The notes beneath the pieces were generated by a model that was given only the letters and a program-made list of their open reading frames with translations, ran no database searches and was not told the origin of the DNA. Both the position numbers and the translations under genes were made by a program. 64,000 nt of DNA, taken from NCBI RefSeq assembly GCF_963921235.1, contig NC_086097.1, positions 201,688,001 through 201,752,000 on the forward strand, read 5' to 3'. Source of the DNA: Mobula hypostoma. Lineage: Eukaryota. Within the stretch, counting starts at the first letter, position 1. Each line of letters opens with the position of its first letter. Below are positions 12,030-25,793 of this stretch, one piece after another.

Positions 12030-13900
12030 ATAACATAGAGCAGGTCAGAATAGTATGGGCCCTTCGGCTCACAATGTGCTGACCTATATAAACCGACTCC
12101 ATGATCTATCTAACTCTTTCCTCCTATGTAGCCCATTACCGTCAATTTTTCAATTTTTCTTACATCCATATGCCTATCTAAAGGTCTCTTAAATGTCCCT
12201 ATTACATCAGCCTCTACTATCACAGCTAGCAGTTCATTACAGGCATCTAGTACTCTCTGTGTTTAAAAAAAACCTATGTCTGACAACTCACTGAAACTTT
12301 CCTCCACTCACCTTAAATGGATGTACTCTGGTATTGGGCATTTTGGGCATGGGATAAAGATACTGGCTGTCCACTCCATCTATGCCTCACATAATCTTGT
12401 AAATTAGATCACGACGCCTTTCATCCTCCTTTGCTTTAAAGAGAAAAGCCCTAGCTTGCTCAACTTTTCCTCATATTGTACAATATATTCTCTAATCCTG
12501 GCAGCATCCTGGTAAATTTCCTCTGCACCCTCTCTAAATCTTACACATTCTTCCTATGATGAGGCAACCAGAGCTTTATCATCATACTCTTTAAGTATGG
12601 TCCAATTGGTATTTTATATAGCTGCAACATTTGCTGTGGCTCTTAAACTCAATCCCCCAACTAATAAAGGCTAGCACACCATACCACTTGTTAAACATTC
12701 TATCAACTTGTATGGCAACCTTGAGGGACTTCAACCCTTCTGTTCTTCCACACTGCTAAGAATCCTGCCATTAACTTTGTACTCTTCCTTATCTTCCAAT
12801 GTATATCACTTCCAGATTGAACTCCATCTGCCACTTCACCACACAGCACTCCATCCTGTTTATATCCCACAAAAACTGATACCATCCACAACACCACCAA
12901 CAATCACAAACGGTAGGACTCTGAACAGGTCCCTGCAGAACACAACTTTGGTCACTGACCTCCAAGCAAAATATGCTCCATCTGCTAACTCTCTCTGTGT
13001 TCTGTGGGCAAGCCAATTCCAAATACATGCAAACAAGGGAAAATCTGCAGATGCTGGAAATCCAAGAAACACACACAAAATGCTGGAGGAACTCAGCAAG
13101 CCAAGCAGCATCAATGGAAAAAAGAACAGTTGACATTTCGGGCCAGAACCCTTCAGCAGGACTGGAGAAAAAAAGCTGAGGAGTAGGACCATGGGGAACC
13201 TTGTCAAATACCTTACTAAAATCCATAAACACCACATTGACTGTTCTACCATTAACAATTTGTTTTATCACTTACTGGAAAAATTCATTCAGGGCTCATG
13301 AGGTATGGCCTGTCATTCAAAAAGCTATACTATCCCTAATAAAACAATGCTTCTCCGAATTCTCATAAACCCTGTCCCTGATGATCCTCTGTAATAGTTT
13401 GCCCACCATAGACATAAAACCAAAGGGTGGTGAATTTGTGGAATTCATTGCCACATGCAGCTGTGGAGCCCAGGTCATTGGGTGTTTTTTAGGCAGAGAT
13501 TGATAGGTTCTTGATTGGACATGGCATCAAAGGTTACGGTGAAAAGACTGGGAACTGGGGTTGAGGAGAAGAAAAAAAGGATCAGCCATGATTGAATGGT
13601 GGAGCAGACTCGATGGGTCAGATGGCCTAAATCTGCTCCTACGTCTTATGGTCTGTATTTCTCAGGATTATCCCTAATACCTTTCTTGAACAACAGAACA
13701 AGATTTGCCTACTTCTTTTCCTTGGGTACTACTCCAGTGGCCAGGGTGGAGACAAAGATCATTGTCAATCCCCAGCAATGTCATCCGCTTATCCCTCAGT
13801 AACCTGGATATATCATCCAGCCCCAAGGACATATCTTTCCGAATGTTTTTCACAAGCTCCGACATAGCCTCTTTATTATTCTCGACATGCTCCAGCAATG
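12030..13900 (-). mobile_element. Old CR1 LINE with nested PLE pLTR (13032-13180, -) and CR1 3' end (13424-13633, +)
   Basis: VNVVFMDFSKVFDKVPHG and KWQMEFN fragments on the minus strand. Nested pieces were recognised by similarity to other copies in the window. Confidence 0.75.
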
Positions 13901-14039
13901 GAAATCAGTTACCAAAGGTATGATAGGAATCTGTTACTAATTGTTAATATTTGCTAAATGACTAATTGAAATAGTTAAATAATCTGAGCACTTGCAACAT
14001 GAAAGTACAAGATTTTCCAAATTTAATAAGGCACTTCAC

Positions 14040-15050
14040 AATCAAGTTTATTACCAGCATATCTCCTGAAATTTGTTAACTTTGCGGTAGCAGTACAATG
14101 CAATACATGATAAATATAGAACAAAGCTGAATCACAGTAAGTATATGTATGTATATTAAATAGTTACGTTTAAAAAGTAGTGTAAAAACAGAAATAAATT
14201 TTAAAAAGTAATGAGGTGGTGTTCATGGGTTCAATGTCCATTTAGAAATCAGACGGCAGAGGAGACTCATTGAGAGTGTGCTTTCAGGCTTCTCTACCTC
14301 CTTCCTGACAGTAACAATGAGACAAGAGCATATCCTGGGAGGTGGGGGTCCTTAATAATGACGCCTTCCTAAGTCACCACTCCTTGAAGATTGGAGACTA
14401 GTACCCATGAAGGAGCTGACTGATTTTGTAACTTTCTGCAAGTTACTTCAATCCTATGCGGTAGCCCATACCGGACAGTGTTGCAGCCAGTCAGACTGTT
14501 CACCACGGCACATTTGCAAAGGTTTTTAAGTGTTTTAGGTGACAAACCAAATCTTTTCAAACCTGAATGAAATATAGCCGCTGTCTTGCCTTCTTTATAA
14601 CTGCATCAACACATTGCGATCAGGTTAGGTTGTCAGAGATAGTGACACTTGAAATTGCTCACTCTCTCCACTTCTGATCAGTCTATGAGGACTGGTTTGT
14701 GTTCCTGTGTTCTACTCTTTCTGAAGTTCACAATTAGCTCTTTAGTCTTACTAAGGTTAAGTGCAAGGTTGTCGCTACAACATAACTCAACTAGCTGCAT
14801 TATCTCACTCCTGTACACCCTCTGACACCATCTTGAGATTCTGCCAACAATGGTTGTACCATCAGCAAATTAAGAGATGGTATTTGAGCTATGCCTAGCC
14901 ACATTCATGGGTGTAGAGAGAGTAGAGCATAGGGCTAAACACACATCCCTGCGGAACACCAGTGTTGATTGTCAATGAGTGGAAATGTTATTTCCAATCC
15001 GCACAGATTGTGGTCTTCCGGTTAGGAAGTGGAAGATCCAGTTGCGAAGA
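14040..15050 (-). mobile_element. Rex1/Babar-like LINE 3' portion
   Basis: LKRFGLSPKTLKNLCKCAVVNSLTGC on the minus strand, RT KFADG remnant near 14860, and family 3' tail at 14040-14250. Confidence 0.75.
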
Positions 15051-17086
15051 AATATCATCTTTTTTTTGGTGGCTGAGGCAAGAGGAGTGTATGTCAGTGT
15101 CAGAGCCCTACGGAAGTTGGGAGGAAGGATAGAAGGAGGATATTGGGGCAAGGCAAGTCATTTTGGGCTGTGCAGGCACAGAAAGTTTCAGCATCAAAGT
15201 CCTAACCTCAGCTGCAAATAAAAGAACGTAGGCTCAGGGGGAGCTGCTATTGTGGGAGTGTGCCAGTCAGAGAGTGTAAAAGCTTTGGGTTCACAGGCTT
15301 TGACACGGACATGCAAAGGCACAGTTAAGAAGAGGCAAGCCTTTTTCCTTTTTTGGTTTAGAGGAGTTAGGATGGAATGCTTCTCCTGTCAAATGTGGGA
15401 ATTCAGGATACCTGACTGTTCCTGTTATATGGGAAATGCACCCAACTTCAGCAGCTGACTGACCAGGGCAAGGAGTTGGTGTTGGACTTGGATATACTCA
15501 GGATATTTCAGGAGGCTGAAGATATTATAGACGAGAATTTTGAAGAGGTAGTCATACCCAAGGCACAGCCTTTCGACACCAAGACCACCAAGAGAGGTAA
15601 GCGGATTATGGGGTCAATGCAGGGTTACCCAGAGGCCATTCCCCTCAGCAACAGTATACCTCTTTGAATACTGCTGCAGGGTTGACCCATCAGATCATGG
15701 CAGCAGCAGCCTGGCTGGTGTCACTTTAGCCAGCTCTGAGGCTCGACAGGAAAAAGTAAAGTCAGGCAGTGCGGTAGTTATGAGGACTCAATAGTTAAGG
15801 GGGCAAAAAGGAGATTCTGTGGCCGCAAAAGAGACACCAGTATGGTGTGTTGCCTCCCGGGTGCTAGGGTCCATAATATATCTGAGTGGCTGCTGGATAT
15901 TTTCAGGGTGTGGGGAGAAGCTAGAGGCCGTGGTGCACATTAGAACCAATGACATAGGCAGAAAAGGGGAAGGGGTCCTACAGTGCATTAGGAAAAAGGC
16001 TGAATAGCAAGACCTCCATAGTTGTAATCTCCAGATTACACCCTGTGCCACAGGCTAGCTCAGGTAGGAATGGGGTGATAGCACGGGTGAATGAGTGAGT
16101 GGCTGCAGAGTTGGTACAGGGAGCAGGGATTCAAGTTCTTGGATCATTTAAACCTATTCCGGGAAAGAGGTGACCTACACAAGAGGGACGTGTTGCACCT
16201 GAAATGGAGGGAAACCAATATTCTGGTGCGAGATTTGCGGATTCTACTAGGAGAGTTTAAACTAGTTTTGCAGGGGCTGTGAACCAGTGCCCTAGGTCAG
16301 TAAGGGAAGGGTTGGACCAGAAGGTAGATGTCAGGGGAAGTATTGAAAGGCAAAATCAAAATAACGGGTATGATGAGTTGGATAGTTTGAAGTGTGTATA
16401 TTTTAATGCCAAGGAGTATTATATGGGTAAGTGTGATGAACTTGGAGCATGGGTCAGTACATGGAACTATGATATTGTAGCCATTACTGCAACTTCTTTG
16501 AGAGAGGGACAGGAGTGAATGATTAGTGTACCAGATTTTCAAAGTTTTAGAAACTAGATGAGGAGGTAAAAGAGGGGGTGGAGTTACCACACTAATCAGG
16601 GACAATATCACAGCTGCGCTCAGAGGAGATATAATGGAGAGGTCAGGCTTTGAGTCCATTTAGATGGAACTCAGGAATAGTAAGGGTGCAGTCACACTGA
16701 TGAGATTGTACTACAGATCCCCAATAGCCACTGGGACATTGAGGAACAGATATGTAATCAGATTAAGGAAATATGTAAAAATGATAGGGTTGTTGTTATG
16801 GGGGATTTCAACTTCCCTAATATATGGGAGCGAGCTATACCAGTAATTTGAGTGGGGTCGCAGCAACAACCTTGCACTCAACGTCAGCATGACCAATGAG
16901 CTGATTGTGGACCAGGAAGGGTTAGATGAGAGAACACAAACTAATTCTCACTGAGGGATCAGAAGAGGAGAGAGAGTAAGCAATTTCAAGTTCTTGGGCG
17001 TCAATACCTAACCCGGACGCAACATATTGATGTAGCTGTAAAGAAGGCAAGACAGCAGCTATATGTCATTTGAAGTTTGAAGAGAT

Positions 17087-20000
17087 GGACATGAATGGGA
17101 CACCCGGATGGCATGTTGCCTTGCAGGTGCTAGAGTCAGAGCCGTCTCGGATCACATCCACAGCATTTGGAGGGGGAGGGAGAGCAGCCAGATGTCTTGG
17201 TACATATTGGTACCAATGACATAGGAAGGAAAAGCAAAGAGGTCCTGAAGAGAGAATTTAGAGAGCTGAACAGAAAGCTGAGAAGCAGGACCTCCAGAGT
17301 AGTAATTTCTGGATTCCTACCTATGCCACATGCCAGTGAGGGTAGAAATAGGATGATTTGGCAGATAAATACGTGGCTGAGAAGCTGGTGCAGGGAGCAG
17401 GGCTTCAGGTTCTTGGATCATTGGGACCTATTCTGGGGGAGGTATGACCTGTACAAAAGGGATGGGTTGCACCTGAACCTGAAAAGGACCAATATTCTCA
17501 TGGGCAGGTTTATTAGATCTGTTGCAGAGCCAGAGTGAAGGGACTCAGGATAGAACAGATGGTAAAGCAAAGGTAGCATGCAGTCAGACTGTCAGGAAGG
17601 GCAGGCAAATGATAGGACAAAATTGCAGCCAGCAGGGTGAGTATCAGTGCATTAGGGATTCAGAATTAAATAGGGTACCAAATACAGTACTGAAAATGTT
17701 ACACCTCAATGCACGGAGTATAACAAATAAGGTGGATGATCTTGTTGCAATTTTACAGATTGTCGGGTATGATATTGTGGCCATCATTGAATCGTGGCTG
17801 AAGGATGGTTGTAGTTGGGAGCTGAATGTCCGAGGTTACTCATTGTATCAGAGAAATAGGAAGGTACACAGAGGTGGTGGTGTGGCTTTGCTGGTAAAGA
17901 ATGGCACCAAATGATTAAAAAGAGGTGCCTTTGGATCGGAAAATGTTAAATCCTTGTGGGTTGAGTTAAGAAACTGCAAGGGTAAAAGGACCCTGAGAGC
18001 AGTTACATACAGCCTCCAAACAGTAGCTGGGATGTGAATTACAGATTACAATGGGAAATAGAAAGGGTGTGTCAGAAGATCAATGTTATGATAATCATGG
18101 GAGGTTTCAACATGCAGGTCAATTGGGAAAATCAGGTTGGTAATGAATCAACAAGAGAGTGAATTTGTTGAATGTCTATGAGATGGTTTTTTACAACAGT
18201 TTGTTGTTGAGCCTTCTAGGGGATCAGCAATACTGAATTTGGTTATATGGAATGAACCGGAGGTGATTATTCGGGAGCTTAAGGTAAAGGAACCCTTTAG
18301 AGACAGTGATCAGAATATGATTGACTTCAACTTGAAATCTGATAAGGAGAAAGTAAAGTCTGATGTAGCAGTATTTCAGTGGAGTAAAGGACATTACAGT
18401 GGTATGAGAGAGAAGTTGGCCAGAGTAAATTGGAAGGAGATGCTGGCAGGGATGACATCAGAGCAGCAATGACTTGAGTTTCTGGGAAAAGTGAGGAAGG
18501 TGCAGGATAGATGCATTCCAAAAACAAAGAAATACTCAAATAGCAAAATAATATATCTGCGGCTGACAAGGGGAGTCAAAGCTAATGTATAAGCAAAAGA
18601 GAGGATATCCGACAAAACAAAAATTAGCAGGAAGATATTGGGAAGGTTTTAAAAAAGCTACAGAAAGCAACTGAAAGAATCATTAGGGTGGAAAAGATGA
18701 AATATGGGAGCAAGCTAGCAAACAATATCAACATGGATAGAAAAAGCTTTTTCAAGTACATAAAAAAGAAAAGAGATGAGAGTGGATACAGGATCACTTG
18801 AAAATGAGGCCAGAGAAATAATAACTGAGGACAGAGATGGCATATGAACTGAATGAGTATTTTGCACAGTCTTCACAGTGGAAGTCACTAGCAGTGTGCC
18901 AGGTTTTGAAGGGTGTGAGGGGAGAGAAGCGAGTGCAGTTACTATTATAAGGAAGCAGGTGCTCTAAAAGCTGAAAGACCTAAAGGTACGCAAATCACCC
19001 AGACCAGGTGAACTACACCCTTCGGTTTAGAAAGATATAGCAGTAGAGATTGTGGGGCATTAGTAATGATCTTTCAAAAATCATTGCACTCTGGTATGGT
19101 GCCAAAGGACCGGAAAATTGCAATTGTCAGTCCACTCTTTAAGAAAGGAGGAAGGCTGCAAAAAGGAAATTATAGTCCAGTTAGCCTGACCTCAGTGGTT
19201 GGGAAGAAATTGGAATCAATTGTTAAGGATGAAGTTATAGAGTATTTGGTGACACAGGACAAGAGAAGACAAAATCAGCATGGTTTCCTTAAAGGAACAT
19301 CTTGCCTGATGAACCTGTTGAAATTCTTTGAGGAGATTGCAAGTAGGATAGATAATTGTATATTTGGACCTTCAGAAGGCCTTTGACAATGTGCCACACA
19401 TAAGGCTACTTATCAAGTTAAGAGCCCATGGTATTACAGGAATGTTACTGGCATGGTTAGAGCATTGGCTGATTGGTAGGAGACAGCAAGTGGGAAGAAA
19501 ATGCTTCTTTTCTAGTTGGGTGCCAGTGACTGACAGTGTTTGGCAGGGGTCAGTGCTAGGACTGCTTGTTATGCTGTATATCAATGATTTAGATGATGGA
19601 ATACACGGCTTTGTTGTGAACTTTGCAGATGATACGAAGATTGACAGAGGGGCAGGTAGTATTGAGGAAACAGGTAGGCTGTAAAGGGACTGAGACAGAT
19701 TAGGAGAATGGGCAAGAAAATGGCAAATGAAATGCAACAGCGGTCCCCAAACTCTGGGCCGCAAAGCATGTACTATCGGGCCGTGAGGAAACGATATGAG
19801 TCAGCTGCACCTTTCCTCATTCCCTGTCACACACTGTTGAACTTGAACATAGGGTTGCCAACTGTCCCGTATTAGCCGGGACATCCCGTATATTGGGCTA
19901 AATTGGTTTGTCCCATACGGGACGGCCCTTGTCCCGTATTTCCCCCGCTAAGTTAGAGCGTTTCTATGAAACCTTTCATGCCGAAATGGCGAGAAGCGAA

Positions 20001-21360
20001 GAAGCAATTACCATTAATTTATATGGGAAAAATTTTTGAGCGTTCCCAGTCCCAAAAAATAGCCTAAGAAGTCATACCAAATAACATATAAGACCGAAAA
20101 TAAATAGCACTAACATATAGTAAAAGTAGGAATGATATAAATACACAGCCTATATAAAGTAGAAATAATATATGTACAGTATAGTCAGGAAGATGAAGGC
20201 AAAACCGATTTGTGGGAGAAAAAATCGGCACTACGCGCACACGCACATCACATACGCACGTCATGCATGCGCACACAGGTACCTGGCAAGGCTTCATGGT
20301 CATGGTAGTCTTTCCTGGGGTAAAGTGTCCCAGGATTTGACTGCTACTTTTGTCCCTTATTTGGGAGTGAGAAAATTGGCAACCCTAACTGTAAAAGACA
20401 TGTTGAGGTGAGTTTAACCCTGTTTGAACACCCTCCCCACCTCCCCCCCCCGCCCCCGGTCGGCTGGTCCACAAGAATATTGACAATATTAAACCGGTCC
20501 GCGGTGCAAACAAGTTTGGGGACCCCTGAAATACAATGTTGGAAAATGCATGACCATGCACTTTTGCAGAAGAAATAAATGTGCTGACTATTTTCTAAAC
20601 AGGGAGAAAATCAAAAAATCTGAGATGCAGAGAGACTTGGGAGTCCTTGTGCAGAACACCCTAAAGGTTAAATTGCAGATTGAGTCAGTGGTGAGGAAGG
20701 CAAATGCAATGTTAGCATTTATTTCAAAAGGTTTAGAATACAAGAGCAGGGATGTGATCCTGAGGCTTTATAGGCACTGCAGAGGCTGCACCTTGAGTAT
20801 TGTGAACAGTTTTGAGTTCCTCATCGAAGAAAAGTTGTGCTGGCATTGGGGAGGGTTCAGAGGAGGTTCACAAGATAATTTCAGGAATGAAAAGGTTATC
20901 ATGAGGAAAATTTGATGGCTCTGGGCCTGTACTCACTGGGATTTAGAAGAATGGGGGGAGGGGATCTCATTGAAACCTTTCAAACATTGAAAGGCCTAGA
21001 TAGAGTAGATGTGGAAAGGATGTTTCCCATGGTGGGAGAGTCTAGGACAACAGGGCACAGCCTCAGGATAGAAGGGTATCCATTTAAAACAAAGATACAG
21101 AGAAATTTCTTTAGCCAGAGGGTGCTGAATTTTTGGAATTTGTTACCACAGGCAGTTGTCGAGGCCACGTCGTTGGGTGTATTTAAGGCAGAGATTGATA
21201 GGTTCCTGATTGTCCACAGCATCAAAGATTGCAGGGAGATGGCCAGGGAGTGGGGCTGAGGAGGAGGTTGGAAAAAAAGAGGATGAGCCATGACCTGAAT
21301 GGCAGAGCAGACTTGATGGGCCAAATTGCCTAATTCTACTCCTATGTCTTATAGTCTTAT
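17087..21360 (+). mobile_element. CR1 LINE (partial ORF1 esterase, endonuclease, RT, 3' tail)
   Basis: QPDVLVHIGTNDIG...RDGLHLN (SGNH-esterase ORF1), LNARSITNKVD...GGGVALLVK (APE endonuclease), NYSPVSLTSVVGK, QGSVLG, NFADDTK, and tail tcttatagtcttat. Confidence 0.9.
19738..20528. mobile_element. Non-autonomous hAT (Charlie-like) element containing a second TIR element (19850-20387)
   Basis: TIRs CAGCGGTCCCCAAACT / AGTTTGGGGACCCCTG. 8-bp TSD AAATGCAA (19730-19737) / AAATACAA (20529-20536). Inner TIRs TAGGGTTGCCAA / TTGGCAACCCTA. Confidence 0.85.
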
Positions 21361-22058
21361 GGAGATTTGGTTTGTCAACCAAAACACTCAAAACTTCTAC
21401 AAATGCACCATGGAGAGCATTCTGACTGGCTGCATCACCGTCTGATATAAGTTTCTACTGCACAAGATTAAAATAAGTTGCAGAAACTTGTAAAATTAGT
21501 CAGTTCTATCATGAGTACCAGCCACCGTAGCGTCCGAGACATCTTCAAGCAGTGCCTTAGGAAGGTGGTGTTAATCATTAAGGACCCCACCACCCAGAAC
21601 ATGCCCTCTTCACACTTTTACTATCTGGAAGGAAGTACAGAAGCATGAAGGCACACACCCAGTGATTCAGGAACAGCATCTTTCCCTCTGCCATACAATT
21701 TCTAAATAAACATTGTGTCATGGTCCAGTCCGTGAAGTCCGCGTTCCGGTTCTCGGCCCGGTCCATGGACTCTGGACTCCGGGTCTTCCAGCTGTCCCTT
21801 GTTTCAGTTGGGCTTAATCATAGGCACCTGATGCTCATCTTGGGGCTGGGAATATAAATGGCCTTGGGTTCGAGTGCGGATGCTGGTTCGTCTCGTCAGT
21901 ATCCCATCCTTTCCTCTGTGGGGTAAGTCAGGCCGTCTTTGCCGTTAACCTGCAGTTGGATCTGTTCCTTCCTGTCCTTGCCTTCGTAGGGTAAGCCAGG
22001 CTGTCTTTGCCATTACTGTGAGGCTGGACTGTTCCCTTCCCTTCACCTTCCTTCTGAA

Positions 22059-22177
22059 GCCTTGCCTGCAACCTGTGTCTGGAGCCTTACCCTGCAACCT
22101 GTGTCTGGGGCCTTGCCCTGCAACCTGTGTCTGGAGCCCTGCCCTGCAACCTGTGTCTGGAGCCTTGCCTGCAACCT
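22059..22177. repeat. 25-26 bp tandem repeat (~4.5 copies) in solo LTR
   Basis: Unit GCCTTGCCCTGCAACCTGTGTCTGGA. Confidence 0.9.
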
Positions 22178-22885
22178 TATCAATTTCTACCACCGAAGTG
22201 AGACCGGAGCCTTGCTGTGTCAAGATAAGGAACTGTCTATCGTTGAGTTGTAACTGTCTCTGTGTCCACACCTTCGCTAGGTAGGTCTGGCCGTTTGCCG
22301 CTACCTAGTGTTGGAAACTGTCTCTGTGTCCAAGCCTTTGCTAGGTAGGTCCGGCCGCTTGCCGCTACCTAGGGTTGGGAACTGTCTCATCGTGTTCAGC
22401 ATTCTGTGTAAAACCCCAGCCCCAAATCCTGTTCCCAAGAAGAGGTCCCGGCTCTGTGTTCTATGTCCCTGTGTTCCTGTCTCTCAAGTCCAAGGATCCG
22501 TGTTCCCGTGCTCTGGACCAAGGCTCTGTGTTCCTGTCTTCCCCAAGACCAAGGCTCTATGTTCTGCGTTCCTGTCGTCCCAAGTCCAAGGTTCCGAGGT
22601 GCCTGTTGTCCCAATTCCAAGGTTCGGCTGTTCCTGAGTACCAAGTCAAGGCTTCGTGTTCTCGTCCTGTCCATGTGCCTTGTCCTGTGCTGGAGTTCTG
22701 TCATCCTATACTGGATTTCCCTCGTCCTGCCCAGGAGTCTCTCATTCTGTCCTGTAGCCTCGCCTAGTCCTGTCTCCCAAGACCACGTCATGTCTTCACC
22801 TAGTTCCGGAGTCCAAGCCCGAGTCAAGACCCAGGTTCTGGGTCTTGTCCAGTCTCTGGCTCAGAGTCTGAACCCCAGCCTCGTT

Positions 22886-23045
22886 ATGTCCTCGCCTCGA
22901 AGAACCCAAGCCTTGTCATGTCCTCACCTCGAAGAACCCAAGCCTTGTCATGTCCTCACCTCGAAGAACCCAAACCTGTCATGTCCTCGCCTCAAAGAAC
23001 CCAAACCTCATCATGTCCTCACCTCGAAGAACCCAAGCCATGTCC
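22886..23045. repeat. ~32 bp tandem repeat (~5 copies) in solo LTR
   Basis: Unit ATGTCCTC(A/G)CCTCGAAGAACCCAAGCCTTGTC starting at 22886, 22918, 22950, 22981 and 23013. Confidence 0.9.
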
Positions 23046-23915
23046 AGTCCTGTAGCCACGTCAGGTCCTCACCTAGTTTCGGGGTCCGAGCCCGAGTTAA
23101 GACCCAGGTTCTGGGTCCTTGTCCAGTCTCTGGCTCGGATTCCAAGCCCAGGCTGCTAGTTCCCATTTCCTCGTCCTGGTCCTGCTTTCCTAGCCAATGT
23201 CCTAGCCCAAGTTTGTGTTCTTGTCCCCGCTCTCTAGTCAAGTTCTGTTCCTGGTACTTCAGTGTCTGTGTTTTGCATTTGGGTCCAAACCAATGCCCAC
23301 CTTATGACACATTGAACCCATGAACACTACCTCACTACTTTTTTATTTCTGTCATTTTGCACTACTTCTTTTCACTTACTTAATAGACATATATGTACTT
23401 AAAGTAACTCAATATTCTCTAATTTATTTATCACATATTCCATTGTACTGCTGCCGTTAACAAATTTCACCTGTGATATTAAATCTGATTCTGATTCTAA
23501 ACTGGAGCTTTCTTAGTGTAAGGGGTTTTAATGGGGCTGAATTTGTTAAGTGTGTCCAGGAAAGTTTCTTAAATCAATATGCAGACGGTCCAGTGAGAGG
23601 AGGGGCCATACTGGACCTGGGGTTGGATAGTGAGCTGGCCTGGTGACTTACTTTTCAGTGGGTGAACAGTTAGGGAGCAGTGACCACAATTTCTTGACTT
23701 TCAGGATAGCTATAGATAAGAATAGGTATGGTCCTTGTGAGAAAGTTTTAAAATTGGAGTAGGGCATATTACAAGGTAGGAACTAAGAAGCATTATTTGG
23801 GAACACTTTTTTCTGGTAAGTCCACATCAGACATGAAGATGTTTAAAAATCAGTTGCACAGCATACAAGAAAGATATGTTCCTGTTAGAAGGTAGGTACA
23901 AGAAAGGTATGTTCC

Positions 23916-25793
23916 AGGACAGCGGAGACACACGGCGCATGTGGAAGGGCATTCAGGACATCACCAACTACAAGACAACATCGCCTGCCTATGCTGGTGA
24001 TGCTTCCCTCCCAGATGCATTGAACAACTTCTACGCTCGTTTTGAGGCATAAAATGACGTGGCGGTGAGGAAGACCACTCCTCCTTCCAATGACCAGGTG
24101 CTGTGTCTTACCGTGGCCGATGTGAGGAAAACTCTACGCAGGGTCAACGCACGGAAGGCTGCTGGACCAGACAATATTCCTGGCAGAGTGCTTAGAGGAT
24201 GTGCAGACCAACTGGCAGAGATTCTCACTGACATCTTCAACATCTCCCTGAGCAGCGCCGTCGTTCCTATGTGCTTCAAGCTCGCCACCATCGTCCTTGT
24301 GCCGAAGAAGTCTTCAGTGTCCTGCCTCAACGACTACCTTCCTGTCACACTCACATCCATCATCGTGAAATGTTTCGAGAGGGGCATTATGAGGCACATA
24401 AAGACCCTGCTGCCCCCCTCACTGGACCCCCTGCAGTTCACGTACCATCCCAACCACTCAACAGACGACACCATTGCCACCACCCTCCACCTGGCCCTCA
24501 CCCACCTGAACAAAAAAGACACATACGTTCGAATGCTATTCATAGACTTCAGTTCAGCATTCAACACAATCATTCCTCAGCACCTGATTGGAAAGCTGAA
24601 ACTGCTGGGCCTGAACACCTCCCTCTGCAACTGGATCCTAGACTTCCTGACTGGGAGACCTCAGTCAGTCTGGATTGGAAGCAGCATCTCCAACACCATC
24701 ACACTGAGCATGGGGGACCCCCCAGGGCTATGTGCTCAGTGCACTGCTGTTCACTCTGCTGACCCACGACTGTGCTACAACACACAGCTCGAATCACATC
24801 AAGTTTGCCGATGACACTACCGTGGTGGGTCTCATCAGCAAGAACGACAAGTCAGCATACAGCGAGGAGGTGTAGTGGCTAACGGACTGGTGCAGAGCCA
24901 ACAACCTGTCTCTGAATGTGAACAAAAGAAAAGAGATGGTTGTTGACTTCAGGAGAGCACGGAGTGACCGCTCTCCGCTGAACATTGATGGCTCCTCCGT
25001 TGAGATCGTTAAGAGCACCAAATTTCTTGGTGTTCACCTGGCGGAGAATCTCACTTGGTCCCTCAACACCAGCTCCATAGCCAAGAAAGCCCAGCAGCGT
25101 CTCTACTTTCTGCGCAGGCTGAGCAAAGTCCATCTCCCATCCCCCATCTTCACCACATTCTACAGAGGTTGTATTGAGAGCATCCTGAGCAGCTGTATCA
25201 CTGCCTGGTTCGGGAATTGCACCATCTCGGATCGCAAGACCCTGCAGCGGATAGTGAGGTCAGCTGAGAAGATCATCGGGGTCTCTCTTCCTACCATTAC
25301 AGACATTTACACCACACGCTGCACCCGCAAAGCAAACAGCATTATGAAGGACCCCACGCACCCCTCATACAAACTCTTCCTCCTCCTGCTATTTGGCAAA
25401 AGGTACCGAAGCATTCGGACTCTCACGACCAGACTGTGCAGCCGTTTCTTCCCCCAATCCATCAGACTCCTCAATACTCAAAGTCTAGACTGACATCTAC
25501 GTCATTTATTATTATATTGTAATTTGTCCTCTACTGTGTCTATTGTCTTGTTTATTAATTATTGTACTGCCCTGCACTGTTTTGTGCACTTTATGTAGTC
25601 CTGTGCAGGTCTGTAGTCTAGTGCAGTTTTTATGTTGTTTTACGTAGTCTAGCGTAGCTTATGCTGTCTCACATAGTCTAGTGTAGCTTTGTGCTGTTTC
25701 ATGTAGCACCAGGGTCCTGGAGGAACTTTGTTTCGTTTTTACTGTGTTCTGTACCAGCAGCTTATGGTCAAAATAACAATAAACTTGACTTGA
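23916..25793 (+). mobile_element. Young 5'-truncated Rex1/Babar LINE (RT)
   Basis: ORFs 24059..24814 and 24918..25493: [69 protein letters not shown]...[13 protein letters not shown]. Few disablements. Tail aataaacttgacttga. Confidence 0.92.

Larger units (their letters stand above)
21716..23309 (+). mobile_element. Solo LTR (probably Gypsy-type), 1594 bp
   Basis: TGTCA...TGACA termini, 5-bp TSD CATTG (21711-21715 / 23310-23314), TATA-like AATATAAA at 21851, internal tandem repeats, no gag/pol. Confidence 0.8.
16825..23498 (+). mobile_element. Rex1/Babar-like LINE 3' half, split into 16825-17086, 21361-21715 and 23315-23498
   Basis: The sequence ...gaagtttgaagagat at 17085 resumes as gagatttggtttgtcaaccaaaacactc at 21362 (LKRFGLSTKTL). 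...aaacattg at 21715 resumes as aacccatgaacactacc after 23314. Tail ctgattctgattct. Confidence 0.8.

Noticed and set aside
22463..23323. 286-aa ORF
   Set aside because: Low-complexity translation of tandem repeats inside a solo LTR. No domain signature, and other frames are similarly open.
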